The notes under the pieces were generated by a model. The model made no database searches and was not told the origin of the DNA. It was given only the letters and a program-made list of their open reading frames with translations. A DNA stretch of 63,689 nt from IMG/VR virus record IMGVR_UViG_3300029951_000027. One strand, written 5' to 3'. Origin of the DNA: a virus. Position numbers and translations under genes: made by a program. Below, piece after piece: positions 26,854 to 36,305 of the stretch (the first letter of the stretch is position 1; each line of letters starts with the position of its first letter).

Positions 26854-27138
26854 ATGGCCGACGACGGCACAATGGGTGAGTTTTTCCGGGATTGGGACAA
26901 AATGAAGGCCGAGAAGAAGGCCAAGCGGCTTGACCACAATGTGGAACAGCTCCTGACAGGCGGCAACGTGCCGGCGCGGGAGCAGTCGAAAGGCGTGTGG
27001 CGAGTCAACACGCCGGCCGGCGCAGTCATGTACTACCCCGCGACCAACTGCTGGCAGCACAAGGGCAAGGTTTGCCGAGGCGACGTAACAGCCTTCGTCG
27101 CGTGGTACCACAAGCAATCGTTCGCGAGGCCGCAATGA
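26854..27138 (+). CDS. hypothetical protein (94 aa)
   Basis: ATG 26854 follows AAGGAG. Confidence 0.5.
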   Translation: MADDGTMGEFFRDWDKMKAEKKAKRLDHNVEQLLTGGNVPAREQSKGVWRVNTPAGAVMYYPATNCWQHKGKVCRGDVTAFVAWYHKQSFARPQ

Positions 27139-27371
27139 AGGACTCAACCCTTCAAGCGGTCGCTACGGCACTACTTATTACCCTGGGCGGCTTGCTGTTT
27201 GTGTCAACCTGGAAAGGCGACGACTACAAACCCCAGCACGCGCCCGAGCAGTACGCCGCACGCAAACATGCCAACGCCGACGAGTGCCCAAAGTCGCCAT
27301 GTGTCGACGTGCCGATGGCTTGCTACGTCCACGGCGGGGCGCCGCAGACGTTTCAGTGCCCGCATGATTAG
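27135..27371 (+). CDS. membrane-anchored Cys-rich protein (78 aa)
   Basis: It has an ATGA overlap and an N-terminal TM segment AVATALLITLGGLLFV. Its stop overlaps the convergent holin stop. Confidence 0.45.
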   Translation: MKDSTLQAVATALLITLGGLLFVSTWKGDDYKPQHAPEQYAARKHANADECPKSPCVDVPMACYVHGGAPQTFQCPHD

Positions 27372-27766
27372 TGGCCGGAAGCTACGCCGTTCACCTTATC
27401 GAACGAACGCATGCCGCCAAGACCCAGCATACCCGTCAGCAGCGTCATCTCGACGCTAGTGTCGAAGGCGGGGAACTTGACCGGGTGACCTACCAGCGCC
27501 GCCAGCCATTCCAGCAGCGGGGCCAGGGCGTTGACGGCGAAGCCGACGCCACACACCCAGCCCACGAACGGGCGCCAGCCGGCCACGAAGATTGACGGGT
27601 TGGCAGCCTCGGCCTTGTTGATGTCGAGTTGTCCTTGTAGAGCGGCCAGCAGGTAGGCGGCTTGCGCCTTCTCCTGATCGGTCTTGTCGGGCCAAATCTT
27701 GTCGATGCCGTCCTTGATGAGATCAGCGACGTCGCCGATGCCAGTGTTGATGATTGCGTCGCTCAT
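27368..27766 (-). CDS. holin (3-TM, GTA_holin_3TM-like)
   Basis: DKIWPDKTDQEKAQAAYLLAALQGQLDINKAEA is followed by GWRPFVGWVC and hydrophobic helices. It lies adjacent to the endolysin. Confidence 0.7.
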   Translation of the reverse strand: MSDAIINTGIGDVADLIKDGIDKIWPDKTDQEKAQAAYLLAALQGQLDINKAEAANPSIFVAGWRPFVGWVCGVGFAVNALAPLLEWLAALVGHPVKFPAFDTSVEMTLLTGMLGLGGMRSFDKVNGVASGH

Positions 27767-28209
27767 GCTTGCACTCCTTCGGTATACGTGGTGTCGTGGC
27801 CGTCGTGGAAGTTGGCGGTGAGCACCTGCCCGCGCATCTTCGGGTCAAAGCTCACGTGCACCCAGGTCTTTTCCATGATGCATTGGTCGTACTTGATGCC
27901 GCTCTTCGCCAGCGATGCCACGATGTGCAACGGCGACCCGTACTGCGGCGCTTCAAAGTCCGCGGCGAACCCCGTCAGGTGCGCACTGTCGGGCACCCCG
28001 CCAACCGACTTGTTCAGTTCCGAGCAACGGTACCCGCTGCTGACACGCATGGGCACGTTGCCCAGGAACGCGCGGACGAGCTCCAGGCCCTGGGCCAATG
28101 TGGTCAGGTTGGCGATCATGGCCGCGTCGGGCGTGTTGTCGATGTGCTTCTCGGCAGCGGTTGCGCTGGCAACCAGTTCTTCGAGCGAGAAGTGCGGGGT
28201 GAGTTGCAT
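27763..28209 (-). CDS. endolysin, peptidase M15 family
   Basis: FSLEELV, SGYRCSELN and DSAHLTGFAADF are M15_3-type Zn-peptidase motifs. Confidence 0.8.
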   Translation of the reverse strand: MQLTPHFSLEELVASATAAEKHIDNTPDAAMIANLTTLAQGLELVRAFLGNVPMRVSSGYRCSELNKSVGGVPDSAHLTGFAADFEAPQYGSPLHIVASLAKSGIKYDQCIMEKTWVHVSFDPKMRGQVLTANFHDGHDTTYTEGVQA

Positions 28210-28210
28210 G

Positions 28211-28906
28211 TCAGTTACCTCGAATGTCGACCGCGACGGTCACGTTGTTGCCGCTGGGCACGACACCGATATCGATCGTGCAGCCCGTCTGGCTCCACGT
28301 GACTGCGGTCGCACCTACAAACATATTGCCCGTACCCGTTGCGCCAGGATTTGATGCGAATGGTCGCGGCATGTTCGCGCTGTTGGGGAATGGGAATGGG
28401 TACGTGACGGTGATGATCTGCGCCCCGGCGATGCCCGGCACTTCGATCCACTGTTCGATATTGCCGGTCGTATCAATTTTATGACCGCTGGTACCGGACA
28501 CGAACCCGCCTGCCGGTGACCACACAATGGCGGTGCCGTTGAAAGTCAGAAACTGGCCGGCGGTCGTCGGGGCTGTCAGGAAGCTGGTGACGTTGGCTGC
28601 GGACTGGTACAGTAGCTGTAGCGCGGCGCCGCCCGGCTTGGTGCCGAATAGGGAAGTGAGCTGCGTGATAAACGCGCTAGTGCTGCCGTTGTCAAGGATG
28701 GCAACACCCAGCGTATTCGCCATCAACTGCGCAAGGCACGAAGCAACAAACGACGCTTGCCGAATTGCCTTGTTCATGATCGGAGACTTGGCAAGCCCGG
28801 TCTGGAAACCGTCGACATAGGTGCCATCAGCTACATAGGCTGATTGAGATGCTACGTTAGCAGAACCATCAATTGCAAAAGGGAGGAAGTCGTTTGAACC
28901 GGACAT
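28211..28906 (-). CDS. tail fibre-like protein
   Basis: The N-terminal FLPFA..ANV..Q..Y...GF..GLAKSP.MNKAIRQ pattern is typical of fibre N-termini. It follows the baseplate genes. Confidence 0.6.
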   Translation of the reverse strand: MSGSNDFLPFAIDGSANVASQSAYVADGTYVDGFQTGLAKSPIMNKAIRQASFVASCLAQLMANTLGVAILDNGSTSAFITQLTSLFGTKPGGAALQLLYQSAANVTSFLTAPTTAGQFLTFNGTAIVWSPAGGFVSGTSGHKIDTTGNIEQWIEVPGIAGAQIITVTYPFPFPNSANMPRPFASNPGATGTGNMFVGATAVTWSQTGCTIDIGVVPSGNNVTVAVDIRGN

Positions 28907-28915
28907 AATGATGCC

Positions 28916-29482
28916 TCAGATAATGGTTGCCCAGGATCCTACGTCGAAACCGGCGAAGGATGTGTTTTCGATATCGAACGCGAAGATGGGGCCTGCACCA
29001 GACTGGTATGCGTATCCAGCGATGCGGATGGTAACAGGCTTGACGTCCATGTACCCACCTGTCAAGAGTGTGATGATCTCAGCCGACGGGACTCCTGTAC
29101 CAATGACCCCTAATGTGATGGACAGATCAGCGTGGTCTTCAATGAAGAATGAGAAACCCAACCCAGCAAACAATTCGTTCGCCAACTCGTAAGCGCTGGG
29201 TTTGTTGCACTGCCAATGGTTGTTCAGGATCCGCACCTTCAGAATGATGCGATAGTAGTCGTCGCTGAAGCCGCCCGGTCGTTGCACACCGATCAGCATG
29301 CCAAGTGTATCCAGCTGAACACCGATGGCTTCATCAAGGTCGTAATAGCTGGGAATCAAACCCAGAAATTGAGCGATGTCCGCAAACGGCTGCACCGACA
29401 CACCCAGCATTGCCATGAAATTCGGCTGGCTACTGTTCGCGACCGGAACTAGGTTCTGGTACTTGCTGATGTCTGCGCTCAT
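28916..29482 (-). CDS. DUF2612-like baseplate/tail protein
   Basis: It sits immediately downstream of the baseplate J-like gene. The family was recognised from memory only. Confidence 0.55.
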   Translation of the reverse strand: MSADISKYQNLVPVANSSQPNFMAMLGVSVQPFADIAQFLGLIPSYYDLDEAIGVQLDTLGMLIGVQRPGGFSDDYYRIILKVRILNNHWQCNKPSAYELANELFAGLGFSFFIEDHADLSITLGVIGTGVPSAEIITLLTGGYMDVKPVTIRIAGYAYQSGAGPIFAFDIENTSFAGFDVGSWATII

Positions 29483-30678
29483 TACAGCACCGTGATTGCA
29501 GCGTTGGCAGCCACCGTCTGGGGCTGCTCGTTAAAAGTGATTGGGATGTCGGTGATTGTTGAAGGTGAAGCCGCCGTGCCCAGGTACAGCGCGGTGAGCT
29601 TGAACGTGTTGTTCGGGCGTCCATTGGCGTCAGGCAACCCGGCTGCCGAGATGGCTTGGAAGTACGAAACTTCCTCGCCGATGTTAAGCTGGTTGGTGTA
29701 CGATGCCAGCGCGGCCTGAATAAGACCGGGAGTATTGACGCTGTCGAATCCGGCCAGTGGTTGCACGGTGACTGCGTAGTAGACCGTGATGTCCGCCAGA
29801 ATGAAGAAGTTGATTGGTGTGGTCAGTCCGTACTGGTCGGTATACGTACCCGATGTCGTACCGTAGGTCTGGGCACCGGGAGGCTTAGTTTCGCCGATAG
29901 CGTTGACAATATCGCTAATCGTCCCGCCACCAACGATGACAGCGATAGAGTGGGCGGGTACACCGTTAGAGTCAGTGCTACCCGTATCGTTATCGTACAC
30001 CGTGCACGACGTAACGCCTGCAAGGTTTGATACAACAGAGAAGATCGATTCTCGAATACCGAGCGCAGAGATGGCCGTAGAATTGTACTGCCGCACGCGT
30101 AGTTCTGCATCGGTCTCGACTGCTGCGCCTGGGGTAGCTGCCGCAGTATTGACAACACTTTGCCAACCCAACTGCGGATTGTTGATGGTATTGATAGCAC
30201 CAACAATTGCTTGAATGCTACCAGGAGTCTGCGCCGTAGCGGTGACGCTGATGCTGCCGCCCGACGGGATGGTCACGCTGGTTGGCAGGTTCCAGAGGTT
30301 GCCTGCCGTGTCTTCTGCCACCCCATTAACAATCGTTGCGTTGGCCTGCCCGACGACATTGACAGGCGCCGTGCTGTTGGTGGGTACCCCGCGCGTGATG
30401 CCCGTCAATTTGACCAGCGACGACAGACCTGCGCCTTGAGCAAAGGTGGGCGAGAAGGCTTGGAAGACGGCAACTGCCGCTTGCCCGCTATCATAAATGG
30501 CTTGCGCCAGAACACCGATCCACTGGCCGTCCTGGCTGTCCGCTGCAATATAGATGTCAGAACCATAGATCGATTGAAACGAAGCAATCAAACTAAGATA
30601 GATGTCGTTGTACGACGGGGCAGAAATGCCCGTGCCGTCTACGGTTGGTGCCAGGGTGGGCAGCGGGTAAGTAGGCAT
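29482..30678 (-). CDS. baseplate J-like protein
   Basis: The N-terminal pattern PTLAPTVDGTGISAPSYNDIYLSLIASFQSIYG and its size and position in the baseplate cluster support the call. Confidence 0.7.
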   Translation of the reverse strand: MPTYPLPTLAPTVDGTGISAPSYNDIYLSLIASFQSIYGSDIYIAADSQDGQWIGVLAQAIYDSGQAAVAVFQAFSPTFAQGAGLSSLVKLTGITRGVPTNSTAPVNVVGQANATIVNGVAEDTAGNLWNLPTSVTIPSGGSISVTATAQTPGSIQAIVGAINTINNPQLGWQSVVNTAAATPGAAVETDAELRVRQYNSTAISALGIRESIFSVVSNLAGVTSCTVYDNDTGSTDSNGVPAHSIAVIVGGGTISDIVNAIGETKPPGAQTYGTTSGTYTDQYGLTTPINFFILADITVYYAVTVQPLAGFDSVNTPGLIQAALASYTNQLNIGEEVSYFQAISAAGLPDANGRPNNTFKLTALYLGTAASPSTITDIPITFNEQPQTVAANAAITVL

Positions 30679-30679
30679 A

Positions 30680-31033
30680 TCAGATGCTCACGTTGACGGT
30701 TGCGGGGCCATACAGCGTGTCGATAACCACAAACACGGAAGCGGCCCGCGTATCTGGGTTCACTGTGCTGCTGTACTGCGAGATATCGGTGACGCCTTGC
30801 GTGTTAAGAATGACGTCCTGAATGGCTGCGTCGTAGGTTGACACGCGGCCAGCGCCAAGGATCTTTGACTGGTACGGGGTGCCGTAAGAAAGGTCAAGAA
30901 ACCATTCGCCGACAGCAATCGCCAATCGCGTCCTGACCGCCTGTGCTACTGCCGCAGGAGAATTGATGAGAAAGTTGGTTCCATTCTGGCCGAACGTGTA
31001 GTCGCCAGTCGGGCTGAGCGTGCGATATCTCAT
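30680..31033 (-). CDS. small baseplate wedge protein (W/gp25-like position)
   Basis: The 117-aa ORF lies between the spike and J-like genes. Confidence 0.5.
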   Translation of the reverse strand: MRYRTLSPTGDYTFGQNGTNFLINSPAAVAQAVRTRLAIAVGEWFLDLSYGTPYQSKILGAGRVSTYDAAIQDVILNTQGVTDISQYSSTVNPDTRAASVFVVIDTLYGPATVNVSI

Positions 31034-31734
31034 GGCGCAACGGGTCCACTAGTACCACCGCCGGTAGTTACTCCGGTGTGTTCATGTGTATTGAAATTGT
31101 GCGTGCCGACCATGAGAACACCACCGCTAATATCAACACCGTCTTCTGCAACGATGCCACCTTGATTAATGATTTGCCCGGTCGTCAAAATTATCGGTGC
31201 GTCGAGCTTGATCAGCGTGGTCGCCTTGACATTGACATTGCCACCAATGGGGTCTAGTTCAATTACATTGTTACCGTCAGCGGATCTGACTTGCAAAGTT
31301 GTCGCGCTAATTGAGCCGACAACTTTGCTGTTTGAGCGGAAGCCCGCGAACGCAAAACCATCGGACAGATCGTGCATGCGGAACAGGGCCTGGGGTTGCA
31401 CGCCTCCGTTCTGCCACCAGCCGTCGATACAGCGCGAAGCAAACACCACAAGGCATTCGTCGCCAGCGGCCACGGGAAACGTGATCGAACAGTTGCCGCC
31501 GTGCGGGAAGAAGAGAGGGCAATCGAGCAGAGGGCTGATTGCCTGCTGAGTGGTTTCGCCCGTCATAATATTGCGGACAGACATCTGGATTGCAACCTGC
31601 ACCACGCAAGTCTGCTGATCAAGGTTTACTGACTGGATGATGCCGGGCATCGCCGACCAGATATCCGCCTGCCAACCTTGAAGCACGGCAATCAGAGTTT
31701 CGCGCAGATTATTGAGGCGTTCTTTAGGATCCAT
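31030..31734 (-). CDS. baseplate central spike / gpV-gp138-N-like protein
   Basis: GDECLVVFASRCIDGWW and HDLSDGFAFAGF are motifs typical of spike N-domains. Confidence 0.6.
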   Translation of the reverse strand: MDPKERLNNLRETLIAVLQGWQADIWSAMPGIIQSVNLDQQTCVVQVAIQMSVRNIMTGETTQQAISPLLDCPLFFPHGGNCSITFPVAAGDECLVVFASRCIDGWWQNGGVQPQALFRMHDLSDGFAFAGFRSNSKVVGSISATTLQVRSADGNNVIELDPIGGNVNVKATTLIKLDAPIILTTGQIINQGGIVAEDGVDISGGVLMVGTHNFNTHEHTGVTTGGGTSGPVAP

Positions 31735-32683
31735 TGGCGTTCGCCAGCGGGATTGAACCCAGCCGATTAGATGGGTTGGGCGTGACTGACAACAATGTCA
31801 GATGCGAGTACCAATCGTTACCCCGGGAGTCACCGCTATGCGTGACCACAAACGCCCGGTACAGACCGTCGGCATCAATTGGCGCGATCTGCTGCACACC
31901 AGCCCAACGATTGTAGGGTGTGCTCGTGGGGCTGTTTTGGATGAGTTGGTTTACCTCATTGTTGTTCAGCTTAATCTGGCATCCGATGCGGTATCGTGAA
32001 TTCAACAACGTCGTGACGTTGATACCGCCATCTGTCTGCTCGGGAACTCCAATAAGCCCGGTGTTAATGTTGACATTCACCACTTGACCGTCGCGATAAC
32101 CTGTGTTGTCTATCATCACAACTTGACCATTTTGCACAGACCAGGAGGCATCTAAATGGCTTGCCAGATTGCGCATACGTGCTCGCGCCATACCGAACAG
32201 TACCTGACCGCGGATGCTCGGCGTATATTGAGCGGTTGTGGTCAGTGATCCGAAGTCTGTTCCTGCCGACCCTAGTACAGTGCCAAGCTGCCCCGCTACC
32301 TGCTGGGGCGTCTGCCCCTTAGCCAGCGAGGTATTGATGACTGCATTGTTGTATCCAATGTCGCCGTCAGCGCCATAGATATCAAGGAAGGTGTCAGTTG
32401 GCCCTTCGCGGCCAACTTTGAATTGTTTGATGGTACCTTGGAAGATTAAGCCGAAATTGCCCTGTTCGTAGCCGGCACTGAGCTGTACCTGCCCGAACTG
32501 TTCCCGGATGTTTTTAATTGTGTTATCGGAAAGGTTGTACACGCGAATGACCGCCGTGTTGGGCGATTCAGTATCGGCGACCGTTGTCTCGAACCGAATA
32601 CGCAATTCAGACAGGTCGAGCGCCTTATTGCCATTGAAGACCTGCAAAGAGATCTTGCGAATCCACTGGGTCTGGTCGCTCAT
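31724..32683 (-). CDS. baseplate hub-like protein
   Basis: 319 aa, called from position in the baseplate operon. Confidence 0.5.
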   Translation of the reverse strand: MSDQTQWIRKISLQVFNGNKALDLSELRIRFETTVADTESPNTAVIRVYNLSDNTIKNIREQFGQVQLSAGYEQGNFGLIFQGTIKQFKVGREGPTDTFLDIYGADGDIGYNNAVINTSLAKGQTPQQVAGQLGTVLGSAGTDFGSLTTTAQYTPSIRGQVLFGMARARMRNLASHLDASWSVQNGQVVMIDNTGYRDGQVVNVNINTGLIGVPEQTDGGINVTTLLNSRYRIGCQIKLNNNEVNQLIQNSPTSTPYNRWAGVQQIAPIDADGLYRAFVVTHSGDSRGNDWYSHLTLLSVTPNPSNRLGSIPLANANGS

Positions 32684-33102
32684 GCGTCCTCCAGGCCTCG
32701 ACCGCCGACAGGCTCAATAGTCTTTTTGCCATCCGTGCCGAAATAGATATTCGTGTAGTTAGCCGGCTGCTGCACAACGACGGTCGTGACAACGAAATAG
32801 ACGTGACCGGTAGTGCCGAGATTGCTGAACGTTGGTACCGCATCGGGATCGTGGTCTGTTTGCACAACCAGTTGACCGCCGAAGTTAAGATACCCAAACG
32901 GGCCAAGCAGATCGACCCCAGTCACCAACGGAATTGAATTGATGATTGGAATGTTGTTGATGTCTGCAATGCTAATGTTCCAGCAGTTGCCAGCGGTGCT
33001 CCACCATAGGCTAATCGAATAGACGACACCGGCCAGGGCAATCTGGAACGTTTGCGCCGCTGGCTCAAGCGGAATCTCGTAGCTGGTCTGTACTGTGGTC
33101 AT
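32680..33102 (-). CDS. tail/baseplate-associated hypothetical protein
   Basis: 140-aa ORF coupled to its neighbours. Confidence 0.5.
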   Translation of the reverse strand: MTTVQTSYEIPLEPAAQTFQIALAGVVYSISLWWSTAGNCWNISIADINNIPIINSIPLVTGVDLLGPFGYLNFGGQLVVQTDHDPDAVPTFSNLGTTGHVYFVVTTVVVQQPANYTNIYFGTDGKKTIEPVGGRGLEDA

Positions 33103-33812
33103 GGCATGAGGATCCCCGCACCTTGGGGCGCCGGGGTGAGCGCCTTGCTGCCGTTGGTCTGATAAGTTGCGGTGTCTTGCGGGTTAGCCTGCAAACTAGC
33201 CGGCAATGTAGTCACCGACGTATTAACAAGAAATACCTGCTGGCATTCGACCGTAATCTCGAGCGAATTAGCACTCTTGTAATTCGTGCTGGTACGCAAC
33301 GACTTACAGATCATGTTCTGGTACAGGCGTTTGCCTGTGATGACAGAGAACAACGATCGCGTCTGTTGCAACTTCAGCAGTGTCGCATATGCAGTGTTGA
33401 TGCTTGTGGTACCTGCGCCTTGCTGGTTTGATGTGAAGCTTAGCGCGGCCTGCGCCGCCGACACCGCACCGACCACCGAATTCGCGATGGCACTGTTTGC
33501 AGTCGCAATGCCAGTAATGTCACCTGACAACGTTCGAACGACAGGCGGGCTATTTGACCACATGAGGGTGAGAACCAAGTGCGCCGGCCTCACGAATGCG
33601 TGGTCGGTGATCGGTGCGCCGGTTTCGACCGGATGCACCGTCACTTCCATCTCGTCCTGGTGCTGTTCTTCAACCACCGCTTGTGCGATGATATCGTTCG
33701 AGCTAGTACCGTTGAATTGAACAATATTGTAGATGCGACGTGGCAGTGGAGCAATCGCAATAGCTTGAAGGCCAAGTTGTGCCCCAGCACTGACAAAACT
33801 TCCGGCACTCAT
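33099..33812 (-). CDS. tail protein (DNA-circulation-N-like position)
   Basis: 237 aa, directly downstream of the tape measure gene. Confidence 0.45.
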   Translation of the reverse strand: MSAGSFVSAGAQLGLQAIAIAPLPRRIYNIVQFNGTSSNDIIAQAVVEEQHQDEMEVTVHPVETGAPITDHAFVRPAHLVLTLMWSNSPPVVRTLSGDITGIATANSAIANSVVGAVSAAQAALSFTSNQQGAGTTSINTAYATLLKLQQTRSLFSVITGKRLYQNMICKSLRTSTNYKSANSLEITVECQQVFLVNTSVTTLPASLQANPQDTATYQTNGSKALTPAPQGAGILMP

Positions 33813-35284
33813 CGTACCGCTCCTTGACCGTCACGCAAGGCGTCACCGTACGTGCGCGCCTGCGCACCGGCCACCTTGTGTGCGATCTCGTTTGCGTTGC
33901 TGCCTGTGATGTGGAACGTGTTCTGGATAGTGATAGGATTGCCGCTTTCAAGCGCATGGTACTTGCCGAGATATGCTTGCGTCTCTGGCAGCATGCCACC
34001 AAGACCAACAGTGTCGAGGTGATGTGGGCCGCCGTTGTACGCAGCCAGTGCCATGTCTACGTTACCGCCGTACTTGCTCATCAGACGAGACAGGTACCGC
34101 TGTGCGGCTTTTGAAGACTTAACGGGATCCATTCGATCAGCATCAGTCTTCAGTCCGTAATCACCCCCAGTGTTCTTCACGAATTGCCATGGCCCCAACG
34201 CACCGGCAGACGAAGTTCCAGGGTTTGCCCCGAAACCGCTTTCAATGCCGTAGACGCGCCACATCATATCATGAGGCAGACCTGCTTCTTTCTCGAGCGC
34301 ATTAATATAGGCATGGGGATCCGAACCCATACTAGCCCCAGCAGGCCCCTTGCCGGCCCCGGCAGCGGCCGATCCCGGGATCGCTAGTACCCCTGTACTG
34401 CGTTGCGCTGCGGTCGTGGGCTTTCCGCTGCTCTTGCCGCCAAGCAAATCGCCAATCCAGCCGCGAATATTATCCGAAGCCGCATTACTGATCGCACTGG
34501 GCAGTCCGAGCGTGCTTTCGTACCATGATTTGAGGACGCCGACTTTGCTGATGTGCTTCGTAAGGTCGTCCATTCCTTCGACAAGAACGGCATTGAAGCT
34601 CTTGAATGCCGGAAGGGCATGCGCGAGAATTGTCGTCTCAAGAGCCCCGAAATGCATCTTCAGGTTGTCCAGCGAGCTCGCGTATTCGTTTGAATCTTTG
34701 GCAGCCTTGTCCAGATCAACGCCCATATCGGCGTACGCCTGCTTCATCTGCTGTTGCTTGGCAATAATTTCATCCATGTGCTCGCGCATCTGGTGAAACG
34801 TGTCCGGATCCATACCGAACATGCCGGCAAACTGAGCACCCTGAAATTCGGGCATCTTGCTAATAGCCCGAACGTAGTCAGTCATGACATCGCTAACATC
34901 GCGGCCTTCAACCTTGATGCCGAACGATTCGACTAAGCCCTTCATCCCAGGGTTCAGGCGGAACGCCTGCGCCATGCTATGGATCGCACTGCCCATGGCT
35001 TCGGCAGAGATCCCAACCTGCTTCCCCGCGTACTCCAAGCTCTGCAGATTCTTGACGCTAGACTGTGCCAGTTGAGAGTCGAAGTAGACCTTCCGCATGC
35101 TGTAGGCAAATGATGCGGCAGCGGCTTCAACACCGGCCACCACGCCGGCCACAGCGAGGCCCACACCCATAACTCGTTTCCCAACGAGTCCGAGCGATTC
35201 TTGGAACTTCTTGAGCTCGCCCTGGTCTGTCTTGAAGCCCAGCTTGACGAGGTATTCCTGTAGAACTTCAGAGGTGCCGGACAT
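33809..35284 (-). CDS. tape measure protein with lytic transglycosylase (SLT) domain
   Basis: The SLT motifs are GIESGFGANPG, GALGPWQF and AAYNGGP. It follows the chaperone pair. Confidence 0.7.
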   Translation of the reverse strand: MSGTSEVLQEYLVKLGFKTDQGELKKFQESLGLVGKRVMGVGLAVAGVVAGVEAAAASFAYSMRKVYFDSQLAQSSVKNLQSLEYAGKQVGISAEAMGSAIHSMAQAFRLNPGMKGLVESFGIKVEGRDVSDVMTDYVRAISKMPEFQGAQFAGMFGMDPDTFHQMREHMDEIIAKQQQMKQAYADMGVDLDKAAKDSNEYASSLDNLKMHFGALETTILAHALPAFKSFNAVLVEGMDDLTKHISKVGVLKSWYESTLGLPSAISNAASDNIRGWIGDLLGGKSSGKPTTAAQRSTGVLAIPGSAAAGAGKGPAGASMGSDPHAYINALEKEAGLPHDMMWRVYGIESGFGANPGTSSAGALGPWQFVKNTGGDYGLKTDADRMDPVKSSKAAQRYLSRLMSKYGGNVDMALAAYNGGPHHLDTVGLGGMLPETQAYLGKYHALESGNPITIQNTFHITGSNANEIAHKVAGAQARTYGDALRDGQGAVR

Positions 35285-35853
35285 TTACTTCTGCCTCAAC
35301 CGTTCTTCGTTTTCGGCCTGGACATCGAGCGCCTCGTTCAGCTTGCAGATGGCGAGCAAGTCTAGCGACCCGTCATACAGTGATTCCGCCTTGAAAAGCC
35401 CTCGGAGGAGCGGTCGATACAGCCAGTCTTCCCCTGACGCCATCGTCACGAGGTCTGTTCTGCTTCCGCTTCCAAACTGCCGAGGGCGGTACGAAAAAAA
35501 TCGCCCAGGTTCTCCGCGATGACCATGGCGGTGACCGCAAAGATGTCTTCAACGGCAACGTCCTGAAACATGAAGCCACCTTGAGGGTTGGTCAGACGCA
35601 CAAAGGCGCCTGTCACGTCTTGCGTGCTGACCACACCAAGGCACGCCTTGGTGACTTGGTCCGAGGCTTCGTCCGATAGGTTGCCCAGCAGCATCAGCGC
35701 CAGAAGGGTCTTGTCTTTGCCGGCGTTAGCTTTGGCAACCAGCGGTTGCACGATGGGAATCATGGCTCCCACCTTGCGCGCAACCAGCAGTTGCGCGGGG
35801 AGGGACAGCGTGCCGGTCATGTAGACTCGGCCGCTCTTGCCGGTGTGGGTCAT
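35285..35853 (-). CDS. tail assembly chaperone, predicted -1 frameshift fusion product (G-T analogue)
   Basis: The -1 frame is open from the slip site 35494..35500 through the 52-codon ORF 35285..35443. I verified this codon by codon. Confidence 0.55.
35446..35853 (-). CDS. tail assembly chaperone (zero-frame product)
   Basis: The 135-aa ORF has an ATGA overlap with the tube gene stop and contains the slippery run T TTT TTT at 35500..35494. Confidence 0.65.
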   Translation of the reverse strand: MTHTGKSGRVYMTGTLSLPAQLLVARKVGAMIPIVQPLVAKANAGKDKTLLALMLLGNLSDEASDQVTKACLGVVSTQDVTGAFVRLTNPQGGFMFQDVAVEDIFAVTAMVIAENLGDFFRTALGSLEAEAEQTS

Positions 35854-36293
35854 GCAAGGGCTCCTAGGACACGGTCGATCTGGCCGACGGTGAACGACCA
35901 TTCGTTCATGCCGGCTTCCTTACCGTACACGAGGTTCGGCGCGCGCTTGAACGCCACGTTGCGGCACGTCACCAGATCGCCCAGGTTGGTATCCGTCAGC
36001 GTCAGCGTGTTCTGCCCGTGGTTAGCCGGGCTGCTGGTCTGGTAGGCGTACAGAAGAGCGAGTTGCTGGTTGATGGCGCTGGTCTTCAGCAGACGCACCG
36101 TGGCCGAGCCACTCTTGTTCGCATGCAGGCTGTGCATGGATGTTCCATCCGCGCCGATCACCATGCTGTCGATGTCTTCGGAGGCTTCGATGGTGATGCC
36201 TTCGTCGGACGTGCCGGCCCCTTGGCCCAGATTGATTGAGCCACCGGGGCCAACCAGCGAGCAGTTGACGCTCAGGAACGAGTAGGTGGACAT
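35850..36293 (-). CDS. tail tube protein (DUF3277-like)
   Basis: 147 aa, between the sheath and the chaperones. Confidence 0.65.
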   Translation of the reverse strand: MSTYSFLSVNCSLVGPGGSINLGQGAGTSDEGITIEASEDIDSMVIGADGTSMHSLHANKSGSATVRLLKTSAINQQLALLYAYQTSSPANHGQNTLTLTDTNLGDLVTCRNVAFKRAPNLVYGKEAGMNEWSFTVGQIDRVLGALA

Positions 36294-36305
36294 GTAGTTC
36301 TACCT

